Part shown: positions 25,091 through 42,678 of the stretch, one piece after another
How the letters are laid out: each line of letters begins with the position of its first letter
Position numbering within the stretch: position 1 is the first letter of the stretch
Source of the DNA: the human T2T-CHM13v2.0 reference genome, Homo sapiens
Length of the DNA: 64,000 nt
NCBI RefSeq assembly: GCF_009914755.1
Contig: NC_060925.1
Strand: one strand, 5' to 3'
The notes under the pieces: generated by a model
Seen by the model: the letters and a program-made list of their open reading frames with translations, nothing else
The model's database searches: none
What the model was told of the DNA's origin: nothing
Made by a program: the position numbers and the translations under genes

Positions 25091-28000
25091 CTGCAGAAAT
25101 GTGGCAGAATGAGAAATCTGTTCAATGAGTTATGCAGTAGTATAGTGTATATCGCTATGAGTTGTTGATAAGGTTTTATCAGTTTACTTGAAAACCTGTA
25201 ACTGAAATCGAAGAAACATTTGTTTTGTTTTCTTAACTTCCAAGATTCTGCTGTAAATATTTTGTCAAAAACGTTTTAATTATTTGGTTTTATAAACTAG
25301 GAGTTCAAAAATTAAATGTACTTCATGACCAACTGTTTCCTAAAATATATCACTTTCCTAATAAAATCCTACTGAGATAAGTACAACATAACCATACATT
25401 ATTTCACAAAAGAGGAAAATCACTCTACAAACAAGTCTAACAACAAATATCTTGTTACAGAGTCAGATTCCATCATTATAAATCTAACATACTGATACCC
25501 TGTGAATAGCTAAAAGTGAAATAAAATTCAAGAGTGGCCCAGTTTCTAGAACAATTGCGCTACTATGAAAGAACTCACTAACATTTTATTTTCTTCATGA
25601 ACTAAGTATATTAATATTTGATTCCTCCACAAAATAAACTTTATAATGGTCAGAATAATCTCTACTTGGTTTTCTTGGAGGTGCAAAGTGGGCAAGATAA
25701 GTATTTGTTCCCAATAAATCATATTTTTCTCTTGTAGTAGCTTATATAAAGACAGTACTCAATATCTGAATTAGTGACAGAATTTGCCCTTTTGTCATCA
25801 GGAACTTCAGACCTATCTACATGGAAAACACAATAAGCAAAAATAGCACTATTATCCTAGAAATAAAAGATAAATTATCAGAGAAGTTGTAGCACTGACA
25901 TTGTAGAAATAATAATATTTTAGATATGTATAGCACAAATCTGTCACATATATCAGTCTTTTCAAATTATCATGACCTATATCCATGGTTGCATATCTAG
26001 TAAGCATTCGAGATGAGACTAGAACTCAGGTGTGCTTATGTGATATGGATAATAATAATGTTGTTAGTGACCTCTTAACATTTAATATATGTAATAATAA
26101 TTAGAACTCATTTCAGTTGCAAGAAAAACAAATCAACTTGAATAAGTTAAATTTTTAAAAAATGGGGTGTTGTCTATTTATTTTAAGGAAAAGGAGTATT
26201 TCACATAACACACACAAATATGCAACTATACCTCAGCTAGGAATCATTCTGTGTCTCCTCTCTGCTTCTGTTGGCTTATCTCTTCATTTTTCTTTCTGTC
26301 TCTCCACAGAGGGCTTTCTCTGTCTCAGTTCATATGATAGAATATAGCTCTCTGACAAGTCCCAAGTCTACAAGTTGTAGGGAAAGACACTCCTCCAAAC
26401 TTGTAATCTCTTAGGCCAGATTTTAACCCCTGGTGACAGAGGCCCTAACGGGCTTAAGCTGCATTAGTTAGTCATCCCTTGTTTAATGAACTATGTCTGG
26501 CAGGATAAAATTAATTAGGATTCACACAGATGCTCAGGTAAACAATGATGGCGTAATTGAGAGCTGGGCAACTAGTATTATAGGAATCTGTGACACCAGG
26601 ACCAGTAGATTTAAATTCACCTTAGAAACTTTAGAAGAAAATATACAGGCATGATAAAGGATAATTATCTAGGAAAATGGGGTAAGACAGGCAAAATAAT
26701 TATCATTTAGTGAAATAAAAACTCTCCATAGTCTTGAATCAAACATGATGGTCCATTTCCTATTCCTGTGGCCCAAAACCTTGCAAGATCAAAATTCTAA
26801 GAATGCTTTGACATTCTCCAGTGTTTTAGACTACACTGGGACTCTCTCATTATCATGTGTTAGTGTGTTGAAGACTGTCAACACAACATGGCACGGTGTG
26901 TACTTAATCTCAGTCTTGGCCTAGGCTGAACTGATGGAATGGATAGATACTCTACGTAAGCAGGGAAGACAGTGGAAGAAGTAGGTAAGGAAGAACAAAG
27001 AAGAGCACATTGTTCTAAAATGAATAAGAAAAAATGTACGACCTGATTAGGCTTAAAAGACGGGATAATAAATGAAAACTGACCAGACTGAATGTCTGCT
27101 ATATGCCAAGGAAGGAGTTTTACTCACATATTCTCCAGTGCTCACCCAACACCAAATGTTCCTCACCTCTTGGATAGTGTGTCACATATATAAAGCATGT
27201 GGTGTCTTATACCACAGAAATATGGAGATTAATTTTCTGAATTTTATTTATGTCTGACTGATAAAAATACTGGCTCACATAATCATGTAGCCTTTTGTTT
27301 TTCCTCTTGCCCTTTTTCAAAGAGCTTATGATTTTGTAAACTAGACACTAAAAGTGGTTTGTTTTGTTTTTTGACCTTCTCATCTGCCGATCCGGATAAC
27401 CATCACTCTGTCACAGAGAAGTTGTAGGATAGTAAATGAAGCAATACAGCACATGACTGGCATGTGGTATTTGATAAATAAATGTTTATTCATTCACCAA
27501 CTCACTAGGCTTCAGAAACAGTCAAAACAAAAGTTGTGGGAGTTCAGGTGACTGGCTTTAACTAGTTCACGGCTAAAGCTGGGAAATAAACCGGAAATGA
27601 GGATGGGAGGATTAAATAGAGTTGGGTCAGATTGCAGAGTCCTGAATGACTGTTTTAAGGAGTTCAAACTTTTTCTGCAGGCTTTGAGAATCCATTGTGT
27701 TCTGTCTCCTATTCAAGTTATTAATACCAATAGCTCACAGCAGCTGTGCATTCACGGAGATAAGTTTTACAAGAAACAGATGAAGGGCTTTTTTAGTGCT
27801 GATATCAGATGGAATAGAACGTGATTAATCAACAGACAGACTGATTAAATTATTGGGTTCACTGTTCAGATAAGAGGTTTTGGATACACTCTGCCAAACG
27901 GTAATTAACTTAGAAATTTCTGCTGGCCTGCTTATAAGATGATCATGTGATATGCTTTGAAGAAATCTTTTAAGGCCCAGAATAGCAGCTGTGAAGGTGT

Positions 28001-28179
28001 AAGCATGAGTCAGTTTTAACAATTATTAATTATCTTCAAGTATTAGAGCAGAATTTTCATTGGAAGTGATAAATATTTTTTAAAATCTTTACTTTTAAGA
28101 AAACTTGTGTAAATCTCTGGCTCTACTCTACAGTCGACTGCAAATGAAATGACTACTATTTAAAGGAGTATCTAAAAGA

Positions 28180-29980
28180 GTCAAGAGAGGAGTTTTCCAT
28201 TTCTACAACATGGTTAACAAGATATTGAAAGGAATCCCTTGCAATATAACACATATAAACCTACTGGACAGGATATGATTTTTTCTAAAAGATGCATAGC
28301 TGTACTGGTATCAAAATAAGGAAATTTCTGAGAGATCAGAAATAAGCACGAAGCAGAGATTCACAAGGGCAAACTAACTATTGGGTGGTGTTTACCCTCA
28401 AGGTTTTCGCCCATCCCTGGTGGCCTATAAACTGAGTTACAAACATCTGAGACAGCAGACAAAGTCTGGGACTGAGCACGTTGTTAGGTAGAGTAGAAAT
28501 CGCCACATAAATATAGGACCAAGAAAGAGTGATGCTCTCACTAGAAAATAACTAGAGAGCAATGGCGGGTCATGCGTCAGTTTCAGCTTTAGCAATCAAG
28601 GAGGTAAGTCTCTTCTAAGAATCTTAACCTGTGTGAGCCCCAAAATTTAAACTGCGAGGTTAAAAATTTGGTTTAAAAGTGGTTCCTAGTCATGGTGTCC
28701 TTAGATAACTAGTAAAAGCAATCTCAGACCCTCTCTGAAAGAATTTACTTTACCTCAAATATTTATAAATTCCCATAAATACATTTTCAAGGAATGTGAG
28801 CCCACAAGAGAAGAAAATCACTAATGACATGAGAAAAAAGATATCATAGGTGGGAGCCAGTGCAAAGAAAAAGCTACAAAATCAGATCTACCAAAAAATG
28901 TATATAATGGGATTATCAGATGTAAAATATAAAAAAATTAATATGCTTAAAAATACGAGAGACTTGAATGTATAAATAATGAGAAACTCAAAGTTTATCA
29001 TGAAGATATAACATATGAGCAAATAGAATTTCTAGAAATAAAAAAAATAATATGGAAAATTAAAACCTAATGGTTTGGGGATGATATGATGATATATCTG
29101 GGCAAGTTACCTGAAAGCAAACAAATGTGATGCAAAACATGATCTAGAGGTTAAGAGACATGGAGAATAGCTTAACAAGGTAAAGGAAAAATCAAATTGC
29201 AGTTCACAAGAAGCAAATGGAGAGAACTAGGAGAGGCACCATTTCCAAAGATATTGTCAGGGGTTTAATAGAATTGATGAAGGACACCAATTCTTAGATT
29301 CCAGACAACAACAAACTGAGGAAAATACGTTTTTTAAAGAATTGATATCTAGATACATTGTAGTATATAAGAAAGGGAAGAATTAAAAAATAACCAGAGG
29401 AAAAAAAGACTACTCACAAAAATAAAAAGCAGATTGAGAGCTCACTTCTTGGCAGTACCAATGAAAGCCAGAAGAGATTAGAATATTTTATATGAATAAG
29501 AAATGTTAACTGAGAATTGCATACCTTGTAGACTTATAACTCAAGGATAAAGAAAAAATGAAGACATTTCCAACAAAAGGAATTGTGAGCAAATAGTATA
29601 TGGTAGAGAAAATTAATGAACTAATGCTAATTCTGCAACTAGGATTGATGTGAAAAAACAAAATATTGAACAATAACAAGAAAAAAGCAAGCTGTGTAAA
29701 AATATAAAGGTGTGATTATGTTTATATGAGGCAAAAAAATAAACAAAACTAAATAGTACACTGTTTAGAAATACATTATGTGAAAAACATACGCAAAAGC
29801 AAGAAAATGATTATCATAAAATCTAAAATAGTCACCTTTCGAGGGAGGAGAAAGGAATATAATTGAGGAGGCACAAACAGAATCAAAGGTACAGGAATAT
29901 CTTATGTTCTCTTCTTCTGTGAAATGAGAAAAAGGTATTCATTTTTACTATATCTTAAACTATATAATTTTTGTAGTATG
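28180..29980 (+). mobile_element. HAL1/L1ME-like element (5' UTR + ORF1 relic + L1ME-type 3' end)
   Basis: ORF1-like agaattgatgaaggacaccaattcttagattcc and atgaaagccagaagag, then an L1ME 3' UTR with no ORF2 between. Confidence 0.6.
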
Positions 29981-30351
29981 CAATTTTTATAGTAAAAAAT
30001 GAAAACAAACTTATTAAGCAGAAAAAAAGCAGGTGCAAATCTGAAGATAACAGTGTTTGATAACTCTAAGATTGTATGTTTTGCCTCAGTATTACTGCCT
30101 CTGTTGTCATATGGTTCTGAATGATGTTTTAGAAAGAATATTGATTCTAGTCATTCCACTAACAAAATGATGAGCTTGAGCTTGTATTACATGATCCTTT
30201 GGGATTACAGATCCCTTGGTGGATCCCTAATCTACCACTGATGAGGATTTCAGTCATTTATCTATACAACTACAAAACATACAACATGGGAACATTTCAG
30301 ATTGGAGATACTGCTATCTGAAACCCTTGGCACAAATTTATGATTTAGAGG

Positions 30352-31287
<936 letters not shown>

Positions 31288-33014
31288 GAGGTAATTTCAA
31301 ACTCATATTAAAGTCATTTCGGGCAACACACACCTCTGTTTTGGCTACCTTAGGGAACCTTCCTCACCAATATCCTACTGACTAAAATGGAAAGAAAAAA
31401 ATGAGGAGGATAAAAAGTTTGTTTCTGCCAAGAATCTATGAAACTATTCAGCTAATGAAAAATCATTTATTTGAGCATACATACAAAGTCAAACTACCCT
31501 AAATATAAGATAAGCAGCTATGCGATATAATAATTAAAATAATAAAATTTGAAGTCTGTTTTCTCATCATTCTACTCAATAGCATTCTTTCATATATTAG
31601 GCCATAAAGATGCTTGTATTATAATTACAAAACACCATTAAAAAATGTATTATGTCCTACAGCACTTAGCCTTAACAAACAATTACTGGATCTCACATTC
31701 AACTGAATACAAAAAGCAATCTTTATCACAAGGTTAAAATTAGCCTTGGAACAATAAATGCTTTCAAAGCTATTCTAAACTCCAAACTGCTTTGCACCAG
31801 TCTGTTTTGAGGAACTGAAAACAAGTAAACTGAAGGACATTTGAAAAACTTCCTGTCTGTGTCCTCTCAATTTTTTTTTTGTTTGTTTCATAGGAGACAA
31901 TCATGTTATACCTGAAAGGTGATCCATATGGCCCTCACAGGGTAAGGTTTCAGAAGTTAAAATCAAAACCAAACAAAAATAATTAACCAAGTAAACAAAG
32001 AAACCCTGAGAATTCTAGATTTCACAATGTGTTATTCATAATAGCACTCTAATTATCAGCACTACTTTTCAGCCATTACTACAGAAAAAAATGAATAAAT
32101 TTGATTCACGGAGGAGGGACCTGAAAGCAAATGGATTTGTTAGTTAGTTCAAACCCAGAATTCTGAGATAATACACTTCTCAGTTCATCCTTCAGAAGAC
32201 AATATGATATGTAGAATTTCATCATTTAAATTACTTAACAAATTAATCAGAGTAGCTTCTCCTTCTGTAAAAGGTGTTGTAAACTAAAAATAAAATTCTA
32301 AGCCCCCCAATCATATGAATAGGCCCCCTCCTCTCAGTCAAGGGCATTGCAAAGTTAACCTGAAAAACTAGTTCAGACCATGATGGGAAGGTGGGGCTGG
32401 ACATGCCTCATTCTACCCTCCTCCTTTTGAAATTCAGGCATAACTGTAGGTATTAACATTAAAACAGAGATCTTAAGACTGATGAAACAAACTTTTTGTG
32501 CAATAAGACACCAAATTCCAGCCTCACTCTAGTACAGCATCACATAACAGGCTCTGAAAGGAATTGAAGTATTTTACCCTAAACTATATTTCTTTAACAT
32601 ATTTTGAAATGGTCCTGCAAAGTTGTCTCTTGTGGGGAAAATCTACTTTCTGTAGAGAATCCCCTTCCTTTTCCAGGTCTTTTCCCTGATCTAGGAGAGA
32701 ATTAACTAAGAGTCTGGCATATTTTTAAGTCTGACAAGGAACATTTACAATCTATTCTCTCTGTAGCCTGCTACCTGGAGGCTTCATCTGCATAATAAGA
32801 ATCTTGGTCTCCATAATCCCTTATCTTAACCCAGAAACTCCCTTCTATTGATTCCAAGTCTTCAGATAAACTCTTTCAACCAACTTCCAATTGGAAAATC
32901 TCTGAATCTATGACTTGGAACCCTCCCCTGCTTCAAGTTGTCCTGCCTTTCTGGACCAAACCAATGTATATCTTGCATGTAATGATTGATGTCTTATGTC
33001 TCCCTAAAATGTGT

Positions 33015-35637
<2,623 letters not shown>

Positions 35638-35747
35638 TGTGTAAAACCAAGCTGTAGCTCGATTATCTTGGGCACAAGTCGTCAAGCCCTACTGAGGCTG
35701 TGTCATGGGCAGGCTCTTAACCTCACCAAAATAAACTTCTAAATTCA

Positions 35748-35970
35748 TTGAGCTCAGGAGTTCAAGACCAGCCTGGACAATGTGGGGAAACCTTGTCTCT
35801 ACAAAAATTAGCTGAGCATGGTGATACATGCCTGCAGTCCCAGCTACTTGGGCGGCTGAGGTGGCAGGATGGCTTGAGCCTGGGAGGAAGAGGCTGCAGT
35901 AAGCTATGATTGCACCACTGCACTCCAGCCTGGATGACATGGAGAGACCCTGTTTTTAAATAAATACATA
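35748..35970 (+). mobile_element. 5'-truncated AluJ
   Basis: ttgagctcaggagttcaagaccagcctggacaa...gcttgagcctgggagg. Confidence 0.85.
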
Positions 35971-36759
35971 AATTGATTGAGACATGTCTCACATACACTC
36001 TGGTTTACAGTGTAATCAAAATTATAACAAAAAAAGTTGGCAAATAGAAAATCTGGATATATACGCAAAATATTCTTATTTGTTGACCTAAAAATAAATT
36101 GATTCCTGCAGAAGGTTCTACAATCAAAATCTTCCTATCACTTTGGTTAAAATACTGATTGAGACCCTATCACTAGCTTGCTGAAGTAGCTTTGCAAATC
36201 ATTAGATGGTTATAAGGAACATCATCATGGTGGCAGTTTTCTTTTCGGCTGTAATCACAGTCTGACTTCACGTGTATATTCAAAATTAATTAAGTAGCAA
36301 CAGTAACAACGACAACAAATACATTTTAAGTAACAATCGAGTCAGTCACTTAGATGCCTGTCTCGGTGTCAAGATTGATAAAAGCATCTCCAAATGATAG
36401 CTGATATTTTTATAGTGCTCTATAATTATCATTTGTGCTTTTAAACATGCAATAAAATTTAACATTCTGAAACATCCTATGAAATGAGAGAACCTTTTTC
36501 AAAAATGTTCTTTGAAATATTTGGGGCTAAATGGGAAGTTATGTGACCACGCTATTTTGGGGAAACACCAAAGAGACCTCCTTCTGGTGATTCACAAGGC
36601 ATCTAAGCATATTAAAGGCCATCAGGCATCCAGTACTAAACCTACCTGCCTAATTTTCTATAATCCATTATCTTTCAAACCTTTTGGATTCTAAAAGTTT
36701 TTCATATATTACCCATAAATATACCAAAGAACTCTAACATTTTACAGAAAACAGGTTAT

Positions 36760-37525
36760 TGAGATAGAGAAAGAACCCCCTTTAGGGGCCTGCAGTGGGG
36801 GGTGGAGGGTGGGAGCCCAAGCATGGAAATAAAGGAAAAACTTGAGATCCTACAAGAAAAATTCCAGGCACCTAGCTAGCCTTGAGAAGTAAATAAGCAA
36901 ATTGATAAGCAAGAAGGTAACAGTAGCTTAAAACAATAGCCAAGGAAGCTATAATCACAGGATGTTTCGTTCTCTCATAGAAACTAACGATAAAATATGT
37001 CTCTAAGTTGTTTTTCGGAAATCTGTACCTCCACCGAATGGATCTGCCTGCAAGCAGGCCTCAGATAAGGGAGAACTAAGGGCTGAACTTTGACCAAAGT
37101 TCTTTGTTCTGCATTTCTTTCTGAGGTACCTAGAGAAAGTCAAACCCAAGAGCCAGAGCTAACATTCTTTTTGCTCACCACAAATTTCAAAACAAAGCTT
37201 CTCTTCCTTAACTGATTGCAAATCAGAAAACATCTGAATCTACCTATGAACTGTAAGCCCCCTGCTTCATGATATCCTGCCCTTTTAGGCCAAAACCAAT
37301 GTGAAACCTCCATGTATTGATTTACAATTTTGCCTGTAACTTCTGCTTTCCTGAAATTTACCCCTGCTTTAAAAAATCCTCATCTGTAAGCCATCAGGGA
37401 GGTCAGGATTTAAATGTGAGTTGCCTGATCTTCTTTGCTTGGTGCCCTGCAATAAATGCTTCACTCTCTCTCGCTGCTATCAGGTTGTCAGTGTTTGTCC
37501 TTGCTGAGCCAGGTAAGCAGGCTTC
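36760..37525 (+). mobile_element. ERV1 solo LTR (MER72-like, MER4 group)
   Basis: tgagatagag...ttaggggcctgc...caagcatggaaataaaggaaaa...cacctagctagcc; CCAAT, TATA-like element and AATAAA in LTR order. Confidence 0.75.
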
Positions 37526-37835
37526 TGATGTATTTACGTAGGTCAATGGTCTCTAAAATTATTTGATCATGTACTCCATCAACAAAGCAAACTTTTGACC
37601 TGCATCTCCAATAGAACATTTAGAAAAATAGAAATCAGAATAAAAGAGACAAATAATATAAATATTTTCAAACTTTCTTGCCATATCCCAATGCTTTAGG
37701 GATATCTGAACCCACAATGGGCACTGAACAAGATTTTTCTGGAGTGCAAAAGAAGGGAACAGATCTAGAAAAGAAGCTATTTAGTTTGGTGCAACCTCAT
37801 AAAAATCTGCCCTGACAAGAGAAGACTGTCCAGAG

Positions 37836-38591
37836 CAGGGGTTGACAAACTCCTATGGTAAAGAGTCAGATGATAAATATTTTAGAGTTTACAGGCACTA
37901 TAATCTCTGTCACAACTATTCAGCTCTGCTATTGTCACAGGAAGGTAGTCATAGACAACATTACTGAGTGAGTGTGTCTATGTTCCAATAAAAAATTATT
38001 TATGGACACTAAAATTTGACTTCCATATGTATATATGTATTAATCAGTTGTTGCTTTCTTACTGCTACTTACATTAATTTCATACTATTTTCAAATGTAA
38101 CAAATCTTCTAATTTATTTCCAGCCATTTATACTATGGTCTGAATGTTTTTGTCCCTTCAAAATTCATATTTTAAAATTTAATTATCAATGTGATAGTTT
38201 TAGAAGGTGGGCATTTTAGAGGTAATTAGGTCATGAGGGTGGGGTCCTCATGGATCAGATTAGTGCCCTTATAGAAGAGACCCCTAGAGAGACCCCTTGT
38301 CCTTTCCATCATGTGAGGACACAGGTAGAGGGCATCATCTATGTTAACAGAAAGTGTGCCTTCACCAGACACCAAATTTGCCAGTGCGTTAAACTTAGAC
38401 TTCTCAACCTCCAGAACTGTGAGAAACAAATCTGTTGTTTAGAATCTAACCCATCTATGACATTTTGTTATAGCAGCCCAAATGGACTAAGGCAATTTAC
38501 AAATGTAAAAATCATTCTTAACTCATAGGCAGTACAGAAACAGGTGGGAGGCTGGATTTGACCCACGGGGCTATCATTTGCAGACTCCTTG
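37836..38591 (+). mobile_element. MER58B (hAT-Charlie) interrupted by MLT1A0
   Basis: caggggttgacaaac start and atttgcagactccttg end. Confidence 0.8.
38131..38494 (+). mobile_element. MaLR LTR, MLT1A0-like
   Basis: ctatggtctgaatg...ccagaactgtgagaaa...tagcagcccaaatggactaaggca; 5-bp TSD attta. Confidence 0.88.
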
Positions 38592-39251
38592 TCCTAAGAA
38601 TGAAGGAGTAGATTAAAGAGGAAGACCAAAGATGACTACAGAGGGTGAGCTGAAACACCGTTTTGATTTTCCTGCTAAGTTTTAAGGATGAAGGATGAAT
38701 GATTCAGTTTCTTAAGGTTAGGAGGGCATAAGTCTTGAATTTATTTATAATAAGTAGCAGTAAGAAATCAGCAGCTAGCCAATGCATAATAATGGATTCC
38801 AAAAAAATTAGTTTCCTTGAAAGAGTTCAAAACATTATTTAAAACATGATTGCACTTTTGACAAGTTTTTAGGAAACTCCAAAATTATCAGAGCTGGCTC
38901 TGTGATCCTAATGGCCCTCTGTAGATAGTCACCACTAATGTTTATCAGCAGGAATTATTTCTGCAAAAATGGTATGAAAGGAACAGCCATTTAATATATC
39001 CAGCTCATTAGGAACAAATATAGTCCTAATATCTGTAATGTTTGATAGCACTAGATATAATTATTTTCAAATTTAGGTGAGGGTTACACAAACATCATAG
39101 GTCTCCAGAAGCCTTTTATCTGATAAATCTAAGTGCAATAAAACCTCATGGCTCTGATAACCAAAGGCTAAAGAATGAGTGATTTATATACACTGCAGCC
39201 TTCCAGAATTCCAACTTGTTAGCTAAAATAGCTCTAAGGGAAGCTAAAATT

Positions 39252-39253
<2 letters not shown>

Positions 39254-39292
<39 letters not shown>
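39254..39292 (+). repeat. (A)39 mononucleotide run
   Basis: 39 uninterrupted A. Confidence 0.97.
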
Positions 39293-39294
<2 letters not shown>

Positions 39295-40039
39295 CAAATA
39301 AATAAAATGCCAGTATTTCCTCAGAAACCTTTTTGGTTGTAGTTGATTTTTTAAAAAACAGTTCTAATATTACTGAATTTTCTGGTAGTGAAAATAGAAC
39401 AATAGGTATAAGCATCACTGTTTCATATTAGCTATACAGAAGAGTATGTTGAAATTCATTCATTAGCATATTGATAAGTTTCTGCTTCTCTGATAAAATT
39501 AAACTATACTAAAGGTTCACAACTTAGAATGTAGATACTAACCATAACACCATATTATGATCTTATAATTGGGTTACGATGTCTTGGATCAATTTTGTAA
39601 TGGAAGTAATTTCAAAGTAATCTTATTTTTTTAAATTGCTACAAATCTAATATACAGAGAAATGTGAAAGATTCCAGGTATCTGAACAACTGGAAGCAAA
39701 GTATCTGATTGTTTACTTAGATAACATGGAGGATACAGGCTAGAGAAAAATACTTAAATGATTGTGTATTCACATGGAAAAGTGTTCCTAATATATAAAA
39801 GCCCTCAGCCAGGTCATTTTCATCGTTCTTGCAAATAACAAATGGATAGCTAAATAGACTTGAATATAGACATAAGCAGATCATATTTGCTAAATGTGTT
39901 GATGTTATTGAGAGGAATTAGGAGGTGCTCCAATGGACTGAGGGACCAGATTAAGAGATACAGGTATATATTGATTCTCATAAACTTCATACATTCCCCC
40001 TGCATTTTTCGAATCATTTTTTTGATATGATGGGGCAGT

Positions 40040-40310
40040 ATGGTGTATTGTTTAAAAGAGAATGAAGTCAAATTAGCTGTTTCACATACTGATTCTTTTA
40101 TTTTACTATCTGTGCCACCCAGACAAGTAAACAGCCTCTTTCTATTTCACTTTCCTCATTAGTAAAATGAAGATAGTCAGAGATAACATCTCAAAAATTA
40201 ATTGACACAGCCATTAAATAAGGTAAAATAAAAAAGTGTATTTAGTTTGGATAAGGTAAAATAAAGGATGTTTAAAGTGCTTAAAATAATGTGTGGCACA
40301 ATACAAATGA
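40040..40310 (+). mobile_element. MIR
   Basis: gtatggtgtattgtttaaaagag...cactttcctcattagtaaaatgaagata. Confidence 0.65.
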
Positions 40311-40578
40311 TTATTATGATTTCGTGGTCTTCCATGAATTAACATTTTTACCCTCTCTATGGAAGTAATATGTGCAATATAATACTGATGTATACTTTAT
40401 CTTTGGTGAATGGATGCTGGGTGTTTCAGAGGTTGTATATAGCTGTAAGCAGTATAACTGCACGAGGATACTGGGAGAACTTTGATCTTTAGGAGGGCTT
40501 CCAAATGCTAACTTGCTGAAGCTGCCCATGTTAGTGATACAGTTAGACCTACAAAAGAATTATAAGATTTCTGAACTA

Positions 40579-40865
<287 letters not shown>

Positions 40866-41209
40866 GGTTTCTGAATTAGTTATCCACACTGCTTGATCTG
40901 GTAATGGGAAAGGATTTGAGCTGGAGATTGTGAGTGCAGAATGCAGAACAACAATGCAGAACAGGTCTAGGCCATACATCTTTTCTGAAAACGTAATGTA
41001 AGAACAGAGCCTTATATGCCTACTTCACTGATGCCATTATGTATAATGAGATCAAACAAGTTTCCCTCTAAGTTTCATATTTCATTGTCTTTAACTTCAA
41101 TATGTTTTAAAGGGGTCAATAGGGAAATTATAAAAACAAAGATGGGGGTCCCAGGACAGGGAATAAAAAAAACCCGAAAAACAAAAACAAAGAGTCCGGG
41201 AAGGAGACC

Positions 41210-42150
41210 AAATATCTTGGATACAGAATCAAGATCCAAAAAGATGTTGTGATGGACCAGAGCAATGGACTTACTTTAACAAATTAACATGTAACTTGGG
41301 GTCTAAAACTGCAACCACACAACTACAAGATAGAGACAGTAGAGTTTATCAGCTGAAAACATTAATAAAACACCATGGAGCTTATATTTCAATATAGTCA
41401 AGACAGAAATGAGTATTTTCACAGTAAATTAGTATGGGATGTGATCGTCCCACTTTCCTTTTTTTTTTTTTTGAGACAGTTTTGCTCTGTCGCCCAGGCT
41501 GGAGAGCAGTGGCACAATCTTGGCTCACTGTAACCTCAGCCTGCCGGGTCCAAGCGATTCTCCTGCCACAGCCTCCCGAGGTAGCTGGGATTACAGGCGC
41601 CCACCACCATGCCCAGCTAATTTTTGTATTTTTAGTAGGGACTGGGTTTCACCATGTTGGCCACCCTGGTCTCAAACTCCTGGGCTCAGGTGATCTGCAC
41701 ACCTCGGCCTCCCAAAGTGCTGGGATTACAGGCGTGAGCCACCACGCCCATCCCGTCCCCCTCTTTTTCAGAGATGTTTGAAGTAGTGCCTTCAGTTTTT
41801 GGCAAACTAGAAAACTTTAAGTGGAAAATGTAAAAAAAGAGACAGGTTTAGAGACTTAAAGACAGGTCATATGAGAAACAGTTAAAAGAAACAAGCATAT
41901 TTAGCTTGGATAAGGAAAAGAGTCATACAAAAAATCTATTTTTACTTATCTGAAGAACAGTCATAGAGAGGGAGTTTAAATTTTTCTGAATCACCTTAAG
42001 ATGGGATAATGTGCACAATAATTAGAAACTACTCGAAAGCATTTCAATTGTACTTTCAAACATCCAAAGCTATTTAAAGAGGCAATTGCCAGTCTCTGAA
42101 GAGTTCCTCTTAACTAAAGGGTTTGAGGATAGTGTAGTAGACACCTACTG
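41210..42150 (+). mobile_element. L3/CR1 LINE relic interrupted by an Alu
   Basis: aatcaagatccaaaaagatgttg...cacacaactacaaga, and gtcatatgagaaacagttaaaagaaac...atttagcttgga, match the remembered L3 3' region. Confidence 0.65.
41459..41753 (-). mobile_element. AluSx-like
   Basis: Poly-T followed by a full reverse dimer. Confidence 0.92.
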
Positions 42151-42678
42151 GATTAACTACCCAGCACTCCTTTTCTGAGAATTGCCTGTTCTCTCCTTCA
42201 CCCACCTGGTTGCAGCCTCTGTCACACCTTCATCTCCCCTATGCACATCACTTTTGATAGGTTCAGAGGCAACAACCTGAGAAAGAGTCCATACATGGTT
42301 CCAATTTTTAGTACACTTTCTTCCTTAGGCAAGTTGCTTTACTGTTATTTGGATGTGAGGGACACCTCCGTATATTTTTCACTTGGATTTCAGTTGTGCA
42401 ACCAAAACAAAACTTATATACATATTAGCCAGGGCACTAATTGACAGCAAATTGGGGAATACAGTAAGCAGATGATGGCCAGTAAGCCTGTAAGTTCACT
42501 TCCAACTGATACTTTGTATTTGTGTGACTACTCACTTTTAGTAAACATCTATCTTTAAGGACAAGCTTTGGGAATTTGATTATAAAACCATAACCTTTTC
42601 TCAAATTATATTAACCTAAATAGCCATAATGAGAGAAAAATATAGGATAAAATGTTCCCCTAATTATTTACTGAATTT

